Source: a virus. From it: a stretch of 64,000 bases of DNA. A model generated the notes under the pieces. That model was not told where the DNA came from and searched no databases. It worked only from the letters and a program-made list of their open reading frames with translations. Location of the stretch: positions 1-64,000 of the IMG/VR virus record IMGVR_UViG_3300036766_000837; one strand, given 5' to 3'. Positions 28,693-40,000 of this stretch are shown piece by piece. Within the stretch, counting starts at the first letter, position 1, and each line of letters begins with the position of its first letter. A program made the translations under genes and the position numbers.

Positions 28693-28765
28693 TAGCCCAC
28701 CTCGGATTCGAACCGAGACTCTTACGCTCTTAAGGCGTATGCCTCTACCGTTGGGCTAGTGGGCC
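28693..28765 (-). tRNA. tRNA-Leu(UAA) with short variable loop
   Basis: GGCCCAC/GUGGGCU-A; UACGC-CUUAAGA-GCGUA; 5-nt variable loop. Confidence 0.88.
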
Positions 28766-29050
28766 AACCCGCTAATTTGGATTAAGCGGTGGCTCCCCAT
28801 CACGAGTTATGATGTAATCTCCATCGAATTCAGTAAGATATTGGCAATCACAGGAAATTATAACACTTATATCGGCCAAATCCGCAATAATAGCATCAAA
28901 TAAATCAGGGTCTTCAGCAACCTCATCGCAAAATAACTTAATATATTTGAAATCTGTATGGTCACATCCACTTATTTCAACAGGATTCCAATCATCATCA
29001 TAATACACATCTATCTTTTTGGCCAAATATCTTCTCAAAGATTCATACAT

Positions 29051-29458
29051 TTAAATCAGATATACGGTCTCGCCAGAAAAAGGATCAGTAATCGGTATTC
29101 CTTGAATTATAACCGAATCAAGTTCTTGATCTACTTCATCAACTTTCTCTTCAAGAGAATTCATATCCATCTTTTCAGCCTCCCTCTCATAATACTGTGA
29201 CAATATCAATTCTTTGTCACGAATTACCTTACCATATTGTAGCCACCTCCCTCCCCAAACCCCTGTGGATTTGGTTTGGACACCATAATTGCCGCATATC
29301 GTCTTTACGCGACAACTTTTGCACAAACGGGCTACCTCTACGGCGATAGATTCAGACTCCAAATATTTATCGAAAAAATTTTCCATCGGCAGTCCTTCAC
29401 AGGCCGCCATTTCCATCCATACGGAGGTTACCATAAGTTCTTGCGCCTCCCGTGTCAA
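29051..29458 (-). CDS. whiB: WhiB-family transcription factor
   Basis: W...AAC...FF...LCKSCRVKTIC...GVWGG. Confidence 0.9.
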   Translation of the reverse strand: MTREAQELMVTSVWMEMAACEGLPMENFFDKYLESESIAVEVARLCKSCRVKTICGNYGVQTKSTGVWGGRWLQYGKVIRDKELILSQYYEREAEKMDMNSLEEKVDEVDQELDSVIIQGIPITDPFSGETVYLI

Positions 29459-29465
29459 GCACCGT

Positions 29466-32285
29466 TTATAAAATTTTCATTCGCTTGAGAAACTCATCTA
29501 ATTCCGGTGGTATACCATCGGCCTTATTTTTACTTTCTGCCGATAATGAAGTTTGAGGCGGAGAAGGTTCCTTTTTTTCTTCACCAATCCCCAAAATCGT
29601 AATGTCGATTTCTTGTTCTATCGGAGTATGGTCTACACAATTCCAAACAGCGCCAGCCAAAGCATCTGCGCCGTCTTTATAACCAGCCTTTACATGATCG
29701 ATTTTCTTACCATTTATAAGTTGTAATTTAAGAAGTTCACCTTCCACAAGAAGTTCATCGAAATATGCCTCTAATCTACCATCATATATTGTTGAAGAAA
29801 GAGTGTCATAATCTATTTTAGAAACAGAATGCATTTCCGCATATATTCCACGAGATTTGAATATATTAATCGTATCGACACTTTGCCATCGGTCCAAACT
29901 TATCATTGCAATAGGAAATCTCTTTGATAGGTCGAAAGCGAAATTTCTAACCTCATCGAACTTGATTTCAGAACCAGTTTTTGCCTCCCAATATTTTATT
30001 ATATCCATCTTGATAACAGGGAGATATTGTGTTGCTGTAGTTGCCCCATCAAAAAATTCCACCTTCTTTTTCCCCACACAATGAGTCATACATAGAGCGG
30101 CCCTATCTCTAACAAGTCCTAAGTCTATATGTATGAATCTGGGAGGAATATCTTCGCCGCTCCCTACAAACCAATCATTGAATTGTCCGAATTCATCACA
30201 GGGTCTAGGAACTTCTTTCGGAAAACAAAGCCTTACTCTCTTAGGATCGCGGAAATATGCCTGTTCGGCCTTGGGTGGCATACAGAGAAATTTCCCTGCC
30301 GTTTCAACCGGGTTGTCTATATATGCAGCAAGATAGTCTTCAGGTTTTCTCTCTGGATTAGTATACCAAGAAGGACATTTAATTGCCCAAACCTTAGGAA
30401 CACGATAAGATATTATCTCATCTTCATCCCATCTCATCACTACATCTTCATCTTCAAATTGGCCAACAACATAAGATTTCTTAATGGTTTTCTTATCAGA
30501 AATTACAGATTCATATCTTTGTTGAATGAAGTCTCCTTCATATCTAGGAAATGATAATAGCGCAACCTTACCAATAGAAGGGAACCTAGATATAACAGAG
30601 TTACGAGCCATTCCATAAATTGCTGAGGCACTATACCTATGGCGTTCTCCCTGTATTTCTTCGTCGGTTTTGAAAGCTGAAATTTCATCGAGACAAATTG
30701 CGATAGGGTTATAACCCTCCCATGCTTCGGCTCCAGAGTGGGCGGAAAAGCATCTAACTGGCCTAGAGAGGAACATAATCTCTCGCGCACGCGGTTCAAA
30801 CCCCTGTTCCTGAAAATAAGGACTTTGAGAAAGCATCTGCTTGAGTGGCTCGAAGAAAATATTTTTGGCCTGTTCCTGATTCATGGCGATATTTATTAGG
30901 TCTATAAACTCACCACTTCCCTTACCATAATAATCGAGGGGGTCTTTAAGGCAATGAAGGAAATAAATAATTCTAGAGAAGGCAGCTTTGATAGAGTTGT
31001 GAGTTAAGATATTGCCATCAAGGGTGAAATTATGTTCTTCTGGGACATTAGCACAAGCGGTCTTTTCAACAACTTTAGTGTTGGTGACTGAAATAACCTT
31101 CCAATGAATTCGTTGAGATAACCTTCTATCACCACAAATTATTTTAGGCTTATCCCCTCCTCCTAAAAATCGTTCACGATGTTTGTCTATAAGGAAAAAT
31201 TCCTCAGAAAGAGTTTCCCCCATCAACCTACAGTTATATCCAATACTCCCAGAAGGATTAAAGGTATTAACATAAAATACGGACCGAGTATCACTAGTTG
31301 CCACTCCTAATAGTGAGCAAATGCTTCTTACAAAATCTATATTCTCCTTCTTCGATGAAGCTATAGTGCAATATCCTTCTTTAGAAACGGTTCCATCTGC
31401 GGCGAAATATCCTGCCAACCATCCATACAAAACACCGGGGTTCTCCTGAATATCAGGGAATTGTTTCCAGGAGTACGGTATCCCCCTAACTTCTGCCTTT
31501 TTTCCATAAGAACCATCTGGTTTAGTATATTTATAATGTTTTATATCAAAACCAGCCTTTTCAAACCAAGGAACCAAATCTTCATCTTTGTCGCCATAAA
31601 AGTACGTTTTACCCTTGGTTCCATCTCCAAAAGTAAACCCCTGCATTACCCCTATGGGACTTAATTTGATATTACGATGATTGATTCCTTGCCCAAGATT
31701 AGTACGAAGCCACATTCCCGGCTTTAAATCTCGGGTAAATATCAAGTCATATTTACATCTTGCCCTATCTAAAGTTTCAGTAGCATATTGCTGGTGAAAT
31801 TCTGTAGTTCTAAGAGTTCGTTTTTCTCCTTCCCCCCCCCGTTTAAGTTTGATTTCCCATATCTCATGCTCACCATGGTCTTCAATCCTAGAAGACACCC
31901 ATTTTCCAGAGGATGTCAATAATTTCTGTTCGGTTCCGATTAATTCTCCCATGGGGAGTATTCCATTCTTTGTTAACACATTTGTAAAAAGAGGGAAACT
32001 GAAGTCTTTTCCGCCCCCCTTACCTATTTGGCATATAAGTTCGTTCACCGTATCTTCCCACATCTTCTGGCCTTCCTCTCCATATAGATATAGAAGGGAA
32101 GGTTCCAAAAAGATTTGGCTCATCTTTTCAATCATATTTATTTGAATGGGGCTTGGAGTTACACTCATTCCTAAATAATATTCATCTTTACAGAAAGTCA
32201 TCAAATCGACAGGTTCTTCATCGAATTCAGTTTTATTTAGAATTTTTTTGAAATCATCTAAGTCTAGATTAAATTTAGGCATCAA
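29466..32285 (-). CDS. terL: Terminase large subunit with intein
   Basis: Walker A GKGGGKDF|S, Walker B ICLDEIS, nuclease HIDLG...KDGADA. Confidence 0.9.
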   Translation of the reverse strand: MMPKFNLDLDDFKKILNKTEFDEEPVDLMTFCKDEYYLGMSVTPSPIQINMIEKMSQIFLEPSLLYLYGEEGQKMWEDTVNELICQIGKGGGKDFSFPLFTNVLTKNGILPMGELIGTEQKLLTSSGKWVSSRIEDHGEHEIWEIKLKRGGEGEKRTLRTTEFHQQYATETLDRARCKYDLIFTRDLKPGMWLRTNLGQGINHRNIKLSPIGVMQGFTFGDGTKGKTYFYGDKDEDLVPWFEKAGFDIKHYKYTKPDGSYGKKAEVRGIPYSWKQFPDIQENPGVLYGWLAGYFAADGTVSKEGYCTIASSKKENIDFVRSICSLLGVATSDTRSVFYVNTFNPSGSIGYNCRLMGETLSEEFFLIDKHRERFLGGGDKPKIICGDRRLSQRIHWKVISVTNTKVVEKTACANVPEEHNFTLDGNILTHNSIKAAFSRIIYFLHCLKDPLDYYGKGSGEFIDLINIAMNQEQAKNIFFEPLKQMLSQSPYFQEQGFEPRAREIMFLSRPVRCFSAHSGAEAWEGYNPIAICLDEISAFKTDEEIQGERHRYSASAIYGMARNSVISRFPSIGKVALLSFPRYEGDFIQQRYESVISDKKTIKKSYVVGQFEDEDVVMRWDEDEIISYRVPKVWAIKCPSWYTNPERKPEDYLAAYIDNPVETAGKFLCMPPKAEQAYFRDPKRVRLCFPKEVPRPCDEFGQFNDWFVGSGEDIPPRFIHIDLGLVRDRAALCMTHCVGKKKVEFFDGATTATQYLPVIKMDIIKYWEAKTGSEIKFDEVRNFAFDLSKRFPIAMISLDRWQSVDTINIFKSRGIYAEMHSVSKIDYDTLSSTIYDGRLEAYFDELLVEGELLKLQLINGKKIDHVKAGYKDGADALAGAVWNCVDHTPIEQEIDITILGIGEEKKEPSPPQTSLSAESKNKADGIPPELDEFLKRMKIL
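30996..32000 (-). mobile_element. LAGLIDADG intein in TerL (335 aa, Ser1)
   Basis: SFPLFTNV...LAGYFAADG...NILTHN|S. Confidence 0.9.
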
Positions 32286-32522
32286 ATTCCTTTATTTCTA
32301 TTATAACTTTTCTGGGGATAATTGAAATCCCTCTATATTCAGTTTCTAATACTTCTCCCGCTACAACTATGAATTTCGATGTATATAAAAGTAAAATTCC
32401 ATAATTATATACTAGTTGTAGACTAAGAGAGGACAGCCTATCTTTACTTGCCGCAAATTCAAAATTTGCATCTAGCCATGAAATTTTAACTAATTTATTT
32501 AAAAACTGTTTTATTTCCAAAT

Positions 32523-33077
32523 TTAAACCTCCGATGATTCTGATAAGGCCGTTGTCTCCTTCTCCTCATCAGTCCCCGTGAAGATTTCTTGAAGTTCATT
32601 CCAGAGACGCGGCCTACAAATATCACAATCAGAGATAACGGTTCTAATCGCGTCCGAAAGAACACGATTAACTCTTTCGGCCCTTCTAGCCCTTTCACTT
32701 CCACGGGTATCAGATTTAGGGCCAAGAAGTTGTACCAAACGAGCCTTTTGAGAAGTTAATTCGTGTATAAGTTTAAGTGATTGAAGGCGGGTAGCGGCAA
32801 CGTTCATCGCCTTAGCGTCTTCATATACTTCCCACGCTTCTTTCAAAATATAGTCGTAATTCTCAAGGAACGCTACGGTGTTTTCTAGAACATGTTCAAG
32901 AAGGTCTGGATTGGCCTCAGCCTTATCTCGTATATATATTTCCCATTCCTTAAGGTAATTTTTAACGGTGCCTATAGAAACGGAAAGTTGTTTTGCAATT
33001 TCCGTTTCCTTGTGGCCTTGCATATATAATTCCGCCACTTTTTGAATCGTATCAACTTTCTCTATATTGCTATTCAT
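32523..33077 (-). CDS. HTH protein, possible terminase small subunit
   Basis: N-terminal HTH (EIAKQLSVSIGTVKNYL); located upstream of terL. Confidence 0.55.
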   Translation of the reverse strand: MNSNIEKVDTIQKVAELYMQGHKETEIAKQLSVSIGTVKNYLKEWEIYIRDKAEANPDLLEHVLENTVAFLENYDYILKEAWEVYEDAKAMNVAATRLQSLKLIHELTSQKARLVQLLGPKSDTRGSERARRAERVNRVLSDAIRTVISDCDICRPRLWNELQEIFTGTDEEKETTALSESSEV

Positions 33078-33396
33078 TTTGCGCTTTTCTCCATCATATC
33101 TTCAATCGGCACTATTTCATTCTTAGAGCCACGCATCCCTATAAGTTTCATTTTCTTGCCGCCACAATCACGAAACGCATTACACCAACCTTCCACATGC
33201 GGGCTAAAAACGTCTGTGGTTGCTTTACATATCTGGCATTCCAATACATACCAGATTTCTTTGGGTCGCCCCTTACCCATATATATTTACACTCCCATTT
33301 AATGTAATAAATTTAACACCTAGGATATTCAACATCAGATATTGGAGTTTTTCATTTTCTGCCCAAATATCTTCCAAAAGACAATTATTGCAGATT

Positions 33397-33606
33397 CTAA
33401 CGTAGCGCATCATGGCCCCTCCTGATAACTTTTCTACTCCCAAGCCTTCGTCCCTTCCCACGCAATTTCAAAAGCCCATGACGATTAAGATGATTCCATA
33501 TGGTCATCTCTGAAACTTCATTCTCTTCAGCGATTTCCTTGACTGATTTCCTATTTTTTACATATTCATCATATAAATAGTCATAATCTGCGTATTCTTT
33601 CCACAT
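33397..33606 (-). CDS. Small HTH DNA-binding protein
   Basis: KSVKEIAEENEVSEMTIWNHL. Confidence 0.75.
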   Translation of the reverse strand: MWKEYADYDYLYDEYVKNRKSVKEIAEENEVSEMTIWNHLNRHGLLKLRGKGRRLGSRKVIRRGHDALR

Positions 33607-33722
33607 ATTCTTCCCCTCGCAAATATTGTATCAGATTCCTTGCACGACATCCAACACACCATTCATATCTAATCGTATGGGCACAATAAGAAGCAATCTT
33701 GGTCAATTCCTCAATTATTTTG

Positions 33723-34289
33723 TCATATTTTCCCATATTTACTCCAGAAATACAGGGCGATTCCGCAAGAGTCTGCAATATCATCATCGTCCCAAACAAA
33801 ATTGGGATATTGATCTCTAAGGATATTTTGGGTTTGAGTTTTCTTAAGGTTATGGATTTCTTTCCTCCCCACAGTCTGCCCTAGACGACTGATTATTTCA
33901 TTTTTCTTGGTCTTTGTCAAAGGCTTAACTCCAAGAAAAGATTTCCACTCCGCAGGAGAAATATCTTCAAGAACAATTTCTTTGTGTAATGTTTCAGCAA
34001 TAATCACCCCTACAATATATGAAAGTTTTCTACTTGTGGCTGGATTTTGCACGAAAATCGCTTGTTCTATTCCCACAAAATCTGGTTGATATATATCCAA
34101 TAAATGAGGATACCTTTTTCTAACATCAAAAAGTCTCTCATAAATATTCCCACTTCCCAGACTCAATGCAACAGTTGCCATAATAATTCCATCAACGATA
34201 AGGGTGCAAGCAATTTTTTTAGAGGAGGGGTCAATCCCCAAAATCCTTCTAAACTTATGTGGTGAAGAATCTTCTAATATCTTTTTCAT
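33723..34289 (-). CDS. ruvC: RuvC-like Holliday junction resolvase
   Basis: ILGIDPS..VGIEQ..DDIADS. Confidence 0.85.
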   Translation of the reverse strand: MKKILEDSSPHKFRRILGIDPSSKKIACTLIVDGIIMATVALSLGSGNIYERLFDVRKRYPHLLDIYQPDFVGIEQAIFVQNPATSRKLSYIVGVIIAETLHKEIVLEDISPAEWKSFLGVKPLTKTKKNEIISRLGQTVGRKEIHNLKKTQTQNILRDQYPNFVWDDDDIADSCGIALYFWSKYGKI

Positions 34290-34585
34290 TGATTATTTTG
34301 GCGAAGAAGTTTATTTTCCTTCTTTAACTCACATGAGCCACAAATCTTGCTTTTATTATAAACACTTAGAATCGTTGCGCAACCTTTTTCTTGACAAATT
34401 CTTCCCTGTTTTATGGGGACCTTATTTTCATAATATTTGTCTAATAATTTCTTATTAGTTGCAAGGCGACAACATTTTTTACCACAAAATTTTTGATTGT
34501 GAGAATTCTTGGTAAATTTTTTCTTACATTCGACCCTGGCACACACCTCTTTTTGTGTCCGCCGTCTTCGCCCTCCTTTCAACAA
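34286..34585 (-). CDS. Zinc-binding protein
   Basis: C..EC..QKFCGKKC and second Cys cluster. Confidence 0.65.
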   Translation of the reverse strand: MLKGGRRRRTQKEVCARVECKKKFTKNSHNQKFCGKKCCRLATNKKLLDKYYENKVPIKQGRICQEKGCATILSVYNKSKICGSCELKKENKLLRQNNQ

Positions 34586-34609
34586 TTTTTAAATCATTAA
34601 CCTCCTATT

Positions 34610-35359
34610 TTAATTGTCAACCATCGCCCAACACCAAGATTCCAGGTCACACTCAGAACATTGGGTTGATTCACGGATATATGGCCGTTTGGGACAATTC
34701 TTATTTTCAAATATCTTATATATATTATTAAATCTTCGCAACTCTTTCTTGATTAATTCATCATCTCTGGATACAGAGTAAATTAATACTTCTTGATTTC
34801 CCTTATTTTCATAAATTACAAATCCATCCTCTAAATCTAATGCATACAGATATAATTGAATCTGTTTATAGGTCTTTTCATCTGGCTTTTTATAAACCTT
34901 TCTAAATTCAAATCTTTCAGGATTGATACTTTTAAGTTCGTATAATTTCTTGCCGCCCCATTCTAACAGCCCATCAGCACTTCCTTTTATGGGCGCCGGA
35001 GTTTCTATATAAACCGGAATCTCAGAATCTAATAATATCCCCATCGTGGTGAAATAGTCTCGATATCTAGAATGAATATCATGTCCATTATCAAAGATTC
35101 GTAGTGTTCTGGCGGAAAATTTCGGCTGAGATTCAGCGCCCTCAAACATGAGATAATACCATCTCTTACATGTTTGATGAGTGGAAGGATGGAACTCAGA
35201 GATTTGTTTATGAATCTTTTTGTTTCTCTTAAGTAATTGGGTATCTAGCCCTTTCCGTAAAGATTCTGCCGATGCCTCATTTTTAGGTTTAATCTTATCA
35301 CTCTTCTTTGGCTGAACATTCCTCCCCTGAACCCGCTTAAGAAGCCTCTCTAATGTCAT
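34610..35359 (-). CDS. Cas4-like PD-(D/E)XK exonuclease
   Basis: GSADG..YELKS..QIQLY; C...CSEC..C Fe-S ligands. Confidence 0.85.
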   Translation of the reverse strand: MTLERLLKRVQGRNVQPKKSDKIKPKNEASAESLRKGLDTQLLKRNKKIHKQISEFHPSTHQTCKRWYYLMFEGAESQPKFSARTLRIFDNGHDIHSRYRDYFTTMGILLDSEIPVYIETPAPIKGSADGLLEWGGKKLYELKSINPERFEFRKVYKKPDEKTYKQIQLYLYALDLEDGFVIYENKGNQEVLIYSVSRDDELIKKELRRFNNIYKIFENKNCPKRPYIRESTQCSECDLESWCWAMVDN

Positions 35360-35639
35360 GATATATTGGCCTTTATTTTATATTTGAGCGCGGAAATAAT
35401 ATATTCAATACTTTTAACTAGAGATTCCAAGTATGCCCCAGTATTTTTATCTCCAAATAACTTCTCCTCCACACCTTTCTGGCGAAGATATCCAGCTAAA
35501 GCCGATGCCTCACTGAGAGCCTCAAGAGTATTAATGCCGAATACATCTGGATTCAGCATTTGGTCCTCAATCATTTTCAATGCCTTATCTATTGCCATTA
35601 GGACATTTTCATCATCTATCAGCTTCTTAATATCGTCAA

Positions 35640-35954
35640 TCATATATTTCCTTCTTTCATAAACTCATCAAAGTATTCAAGTTCCTCTAAGATATACCAA
35701 TCGATACAGGCCACCATAGTTCCATCAGAAAAAACCCGAAGAATCATGGGTTGATATTGGATACCATGCTGCATGGCATCGGCACGAATCTTTGCCCAAG
35801 ATTTCTCAGACAAATCGAATGATTTTCCCTCCTTAACATCTCCTATATATTTATTCTTCTGGCCATGATACTTATAGTCTCCCTTCATCATGCCTCTGCC
35901 AGAATTTTTAACAGGCATCGCGCCAATTTTATCTATAATCTTTTTCTCACTCAT
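35640..35954 (-). CDS. Phage Holliday junction resolvase-like nuclease
   Basis: NSGRG..KGD..DVKE. Confidence 0.6.
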   Translation of the reverse strand: MSEKKIIDKIGAMPVKNSGRGMMKGDYKYHGQKNKYIGDVKEGKSFDLSEKSWAKIRADAMQHGIQYQPMILRVFSDGTMVACIDWYILEELEYFDEFMKEGNI

Positions 35955-36142
35955 GATTTCCCTAGATATCTATTCTCCATTTTATAGTATTTATACGATT
36001 ACATTCCGGGCAGGCGAATTGCGCCTTTTCTTCTTCCGTAGGGCCACCTTCCATCTGTGCAAATACTCCACAAAACTGACATTCTAAATTTAATTTTATC
36101 AATTTTTGCACAACAATCTGAGGCTCATCAGAATCGTCATTT

Positions 36143-37096
36143 TCAATCTTTTTCAAAAATTTCATTTTTAAGTTCTCCATATATATCAACGTTCTCAAGA
36201 GTTTCCACCATATTTTGTGGTCCCTGAACTTTAATATCTTTATATGTAAGCCAGCTTCCGGTTTGAACGATGATGCCTTTGCGTATAGCCAATTCGACTA
36301 ATTCATATCTTGAATCAATTATACCATCATTGTAGTAGAATCTGTACTGTCCCTCAAGAAGGGGAGTAGAAATTTTTGATTTCTCTACCTTCCACCGAAT
36401 TCCTTGCCCAATAATAGTCTCAATTCCGTTAATCTTCTCCTTAATTTGGTCATTTCGGGCAGAAGAAAGTTTTACTATAAGTGAGGCATGATGTTCCAAA
36501 GCATGTCCTCCAGTGAAACTAGGAACCCATAGTATTCCTATATTATGTTCGGTTATCTGACTTATTACGATGATAAGAGCATTAGGGTTTAAATATGCCA
36601 ATATATTTATCAATTTTTTCGCAGCTTTGGCATTTAACCCCATAGCTCCACTACCATCTTCAAGATATTGGCTTGAATAGATAATGCTTATAGAATCTAA
36701 AACACAAACATCAATTTCCTTAAAGAAATCTTCTTCTCTGGCCTTCTCTATAATTGTATCTACATCCATTTCCTTCATATACAAAAGATTATCAACATCT
36801 ACCCCTAAAATTTTAGCCCAAGAAGCATCAAAAGTATTTTCTGCATCAATGAATAAGCATTGTTTACCCATTGCTTGAGCATTCTTAATGGAATATAGAC
36901 TTAATGTTGTTTTAGTAGAAGCTTTTGCGCCCCAAAGGGTGATTATCCTCCCTGATGGCCATCCTCCTCCGATAGCAGAATCCAATCCGAGACTTCCAGT
37001 AGGAATTCTTTCCTTAATTAGAATATCTTTAGCTGCACTAATAATTTCTCTCTTATTATTTATCTTTTTTAATTTAGATAATAATGTATCTTCCAT
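36143..37096 (-). CDS. recA: RecA-like recombinase
   Basis: IPTGSLGLDSAIGGGWPSGRI..FIDAE..VLDSI..GGHALEH. Confidence 0.92.
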   Translation of the reverse strand: MEDTLLSKLKKINNKREIISAAKDILIKERIPTGSLGLDSAIGGGWPSGRIITLWGAKASTKTTLSLYSIKNAQAMGKQCLFIDAENTFDASWAKILGVDVDNLLYMKEMDVDTIIEKAREEDFFKEIDVCVLDSISIIYSSQYLEDGSGAMGLNAKAAKKLINILAYLNPNALIIVISQITEHNIGILWVPSFTGGHALEHHASLIVKLSSARNDQIKEKINGIETIIGQGIRWKVEKSKISTPLLEGQYRFYYNDGIIDSRYELVELAIRKGIIVQTGSWLTYKDIKVQGPQNMVETLENVDIYGELKNEIFEKD

Positions 37097-40000
37097 TAAC
37101 TTAACCCCTTTAACAACTTAATTTCATTTATAGTTTTTAGATTATCACCATTAATCACTATCGTTCCATCCTTTGCCTCAGATAATCTTACCACCATAGG
37201 CGCCCACACCTTTAGTTTATGATAAATTTTCGAATAAGTATTTGGGAATAAAATCACCTTTTGGATTTGCTTTCCATCATATAATAAGATTGCTGCCATA
37301 TCTTGCCCCATCGACGGACCCTTTTTAACCACGAATTTTCTCATATGTATTAATAGGGCAAGAGATTTATCGGATTCGAAATCCCCTATACCATGTTCAT
37401 ACAGGATAATCTCATCTCCAAAAGTTTCACCAATCAAAAATTTCTCAAATTTAGTAAGTTCTATCTCTTCATGTATTCTATCTAAGAATTCATCTAGATA
37501 TACATATTCTATCAAATTATTGTCATAACAGATGGCTAAGACAATCTCTCCCTCTTTCATCATCTCTTGATTCAAAGTAGGTTCCATAAAGAATGTTTCT
37601 GAGGCTGTTTTGTCTGCTATCTCAACGCGAATATATGTTTGCTTAAATTCCACCTTACGAACCAACCCGCAAATCAGTTGCAATTTATTATCAGAATAAC
37701 TATCTAACTCTATTAATTTGAAAGCAAATATTGAAGAATCTATAGTTCTGAAATCTTTAGGGTGTCCAAGAAGTTCATAATAATACTCTTTCGGATTTCC
37801 TTCCTGAATAAATCCCCTAAGATTGTCTAATGCCCCTATCTGAGATAACACCTTTACAATTCTTTGAGTACAAGACCTTTTCTCCGTCTTGGCGATAAAA
37901 TCATCATACGACTCAAATGGTCGTTTTTTGATAATTTCTTTGACGGCAGCATCACCAACACCTTTTATCTGTAGCAATCCATAGCGAATTGCGTCTCCTT
38001 CAATGGAAAAACTACTATCTGACAAGTTGACATCGGGCGAAAGGATATCTATCCCCATCCTTTGAGCTTCAAGAACAAATGAGGTTATTTTATCCATGCT
38101 TTTCTCATTCTTCATTAGGCAATAGATATATTCGATAGGGTAATATCTCTTAAGCCACATTGTTTGATATGAAAGGAATGAATAACAACACGCATGAGAA
38201 TTATGAGTCACGATACCGTTTGCTATAAAATTATGATTAGGTCCATCCATCTCAACATCATATGTATCCTCTATGCCACAATATTCTATTGATACAATCT
38301 TGGCAAAATCCGGTTTATACCCCTTCTGCCATTGCTTTCGTCTATTATGATTTTTGTAGTCAAATTTTTTATGACATGAAACACAAAGCAATCTCCAATT
38401 TTCAACAACATTATTCCTGTGATTACCATCTATATGAGACGTTTCAAGTCTCATATTTTCCCCTCCGCACGATTGGCACCTTTCTTCTTGTTGTTGTCTC
38501 CATTGCTTCCAACGAATATAGGAGCCGTCAATAAACCCCCTTCCTTTTCTATCTCCATATGACCATCGTTGTTTAAGGTCATATTTTGTTTCCTCATATC
38601 CATTGTTGACGATTAAATAATCTCCGATTTGCATCTCATCGGTTCGCATCCAACCATTTTTTGTTAGAGAGCGATGATTGGCAGTAACCTTCAGTGTTCT
38701 ACCATCATCTGTTATTATTTTAAATATCGACTGTTTCCCCTGATAGTACACATTTCTAACTTTGTTTGGCCTAATTCTGCCATCAGATTCATCATAAGAA
38801 AGTATAGTAAGTCCGATATTTTTGAATCTTTTTCTCCAAGACTTATATTTGGAAGTGTTATCATGAAGTCTATGATATAAATCGGCTATACTTATTTCTC
38901 GACCCTCATATTGATTTCCTGTTGGCCGATATAGAATCGTATCCCCAGACGAACACCTGCCGAAGGCATATCCGGCAAATTTCAAGAAGTCTGCCCATAA
39001 TTTCTTCGCGTTTAGTTTGCCGATTTTATCCCCTGCATTGGCCAACCATTTCTCCTCAAAGGGTTTGAATTCCTTCTCGTCGCGCTTCTTTCCGATAATC
39101 TTTCTGATATTATCTGCTTCGGTCCAAGTAAATCCGCCAACCTCAACTAAGGCTCTAAGGAGTTGCTCCTGATATATGAATAATCCATGAGTAGAAGCAG
39201 TAATCTTCTCAATAATTGGATGTTGCTTCAGAGGAGGTTCTTCACCGCGTTTCCTTGCAATGTAAATCTCTGTGGCTGTCAAGAGTGGTCCTGGCCGGAC
39301 AAGAGCATTTGACGCCACTAAATCCTCAAATGTATCTACTCCCATCAATTTTAATAATCGAGTATACGATTGAGCCTCTGTTTGAAATATCCCAACCGTA
39401 TGTCCCAAACTGAATTCCTGTAGAATTTCCGGATCATTAAGGTTAATCGTATCCAAATCAACAGAAATCTTATGTCTTTCATGGATAAGTGATAGTGTAT
39501 CCGCAATAACAGATAAAGCTGCTATGCCCAAGATATCCATCTTGATTAATCCAATACTCTGACAATCATCCATGTCATAGGCCGTAACGGGTATTCTTTT
39601 CTTCTTTAATCCCGAAGTACGACTTTCAAGTGGCAAAATGGTATTCAATTCCCTATCAGCAATAACCATCCCTGCGGCATGAACGCTACTGAATCTCCAT
39701 CGTCCCTCAAATTTCTTGGCCAGATATATTATCTCTGGATATTTGCGTCTAAATTCTGCCGCCCTATCTGTCGTCAAAAGTTCTTCTAGCGTTTCAAAAT
39801 GTTTACAAACGGCATTAACATCAGCTAAGGGAATGGCGAAAACTCGGCAAAGGTCCCTAATCATTCCTTTTGCGCTAAATTTGGATATGGTAGATATACT
39901 TGCTACATTTTTCCACCGATTTATGAGATAATCCTTAATCTCATCACGTCTTCTATCTTCAAAGTCGATATCTATATCTGGCGGTTCAATTCTGGTCGTT

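Noticed and set aside
31832-31840. G9 homopolymer in the TerL intein as a phase-variation tract
   Set aside because: The frame is intact and no length variation can be seen from one sequence.
36905-36935. RecA Walker A GAKASTKTT (and DnaB GWTESAKT) lacking the pre-Lys Gly as a sign of inactivity
   Set aside because: The Lys-Thr and other motifs are intact; such variants occur in phage ATPases.
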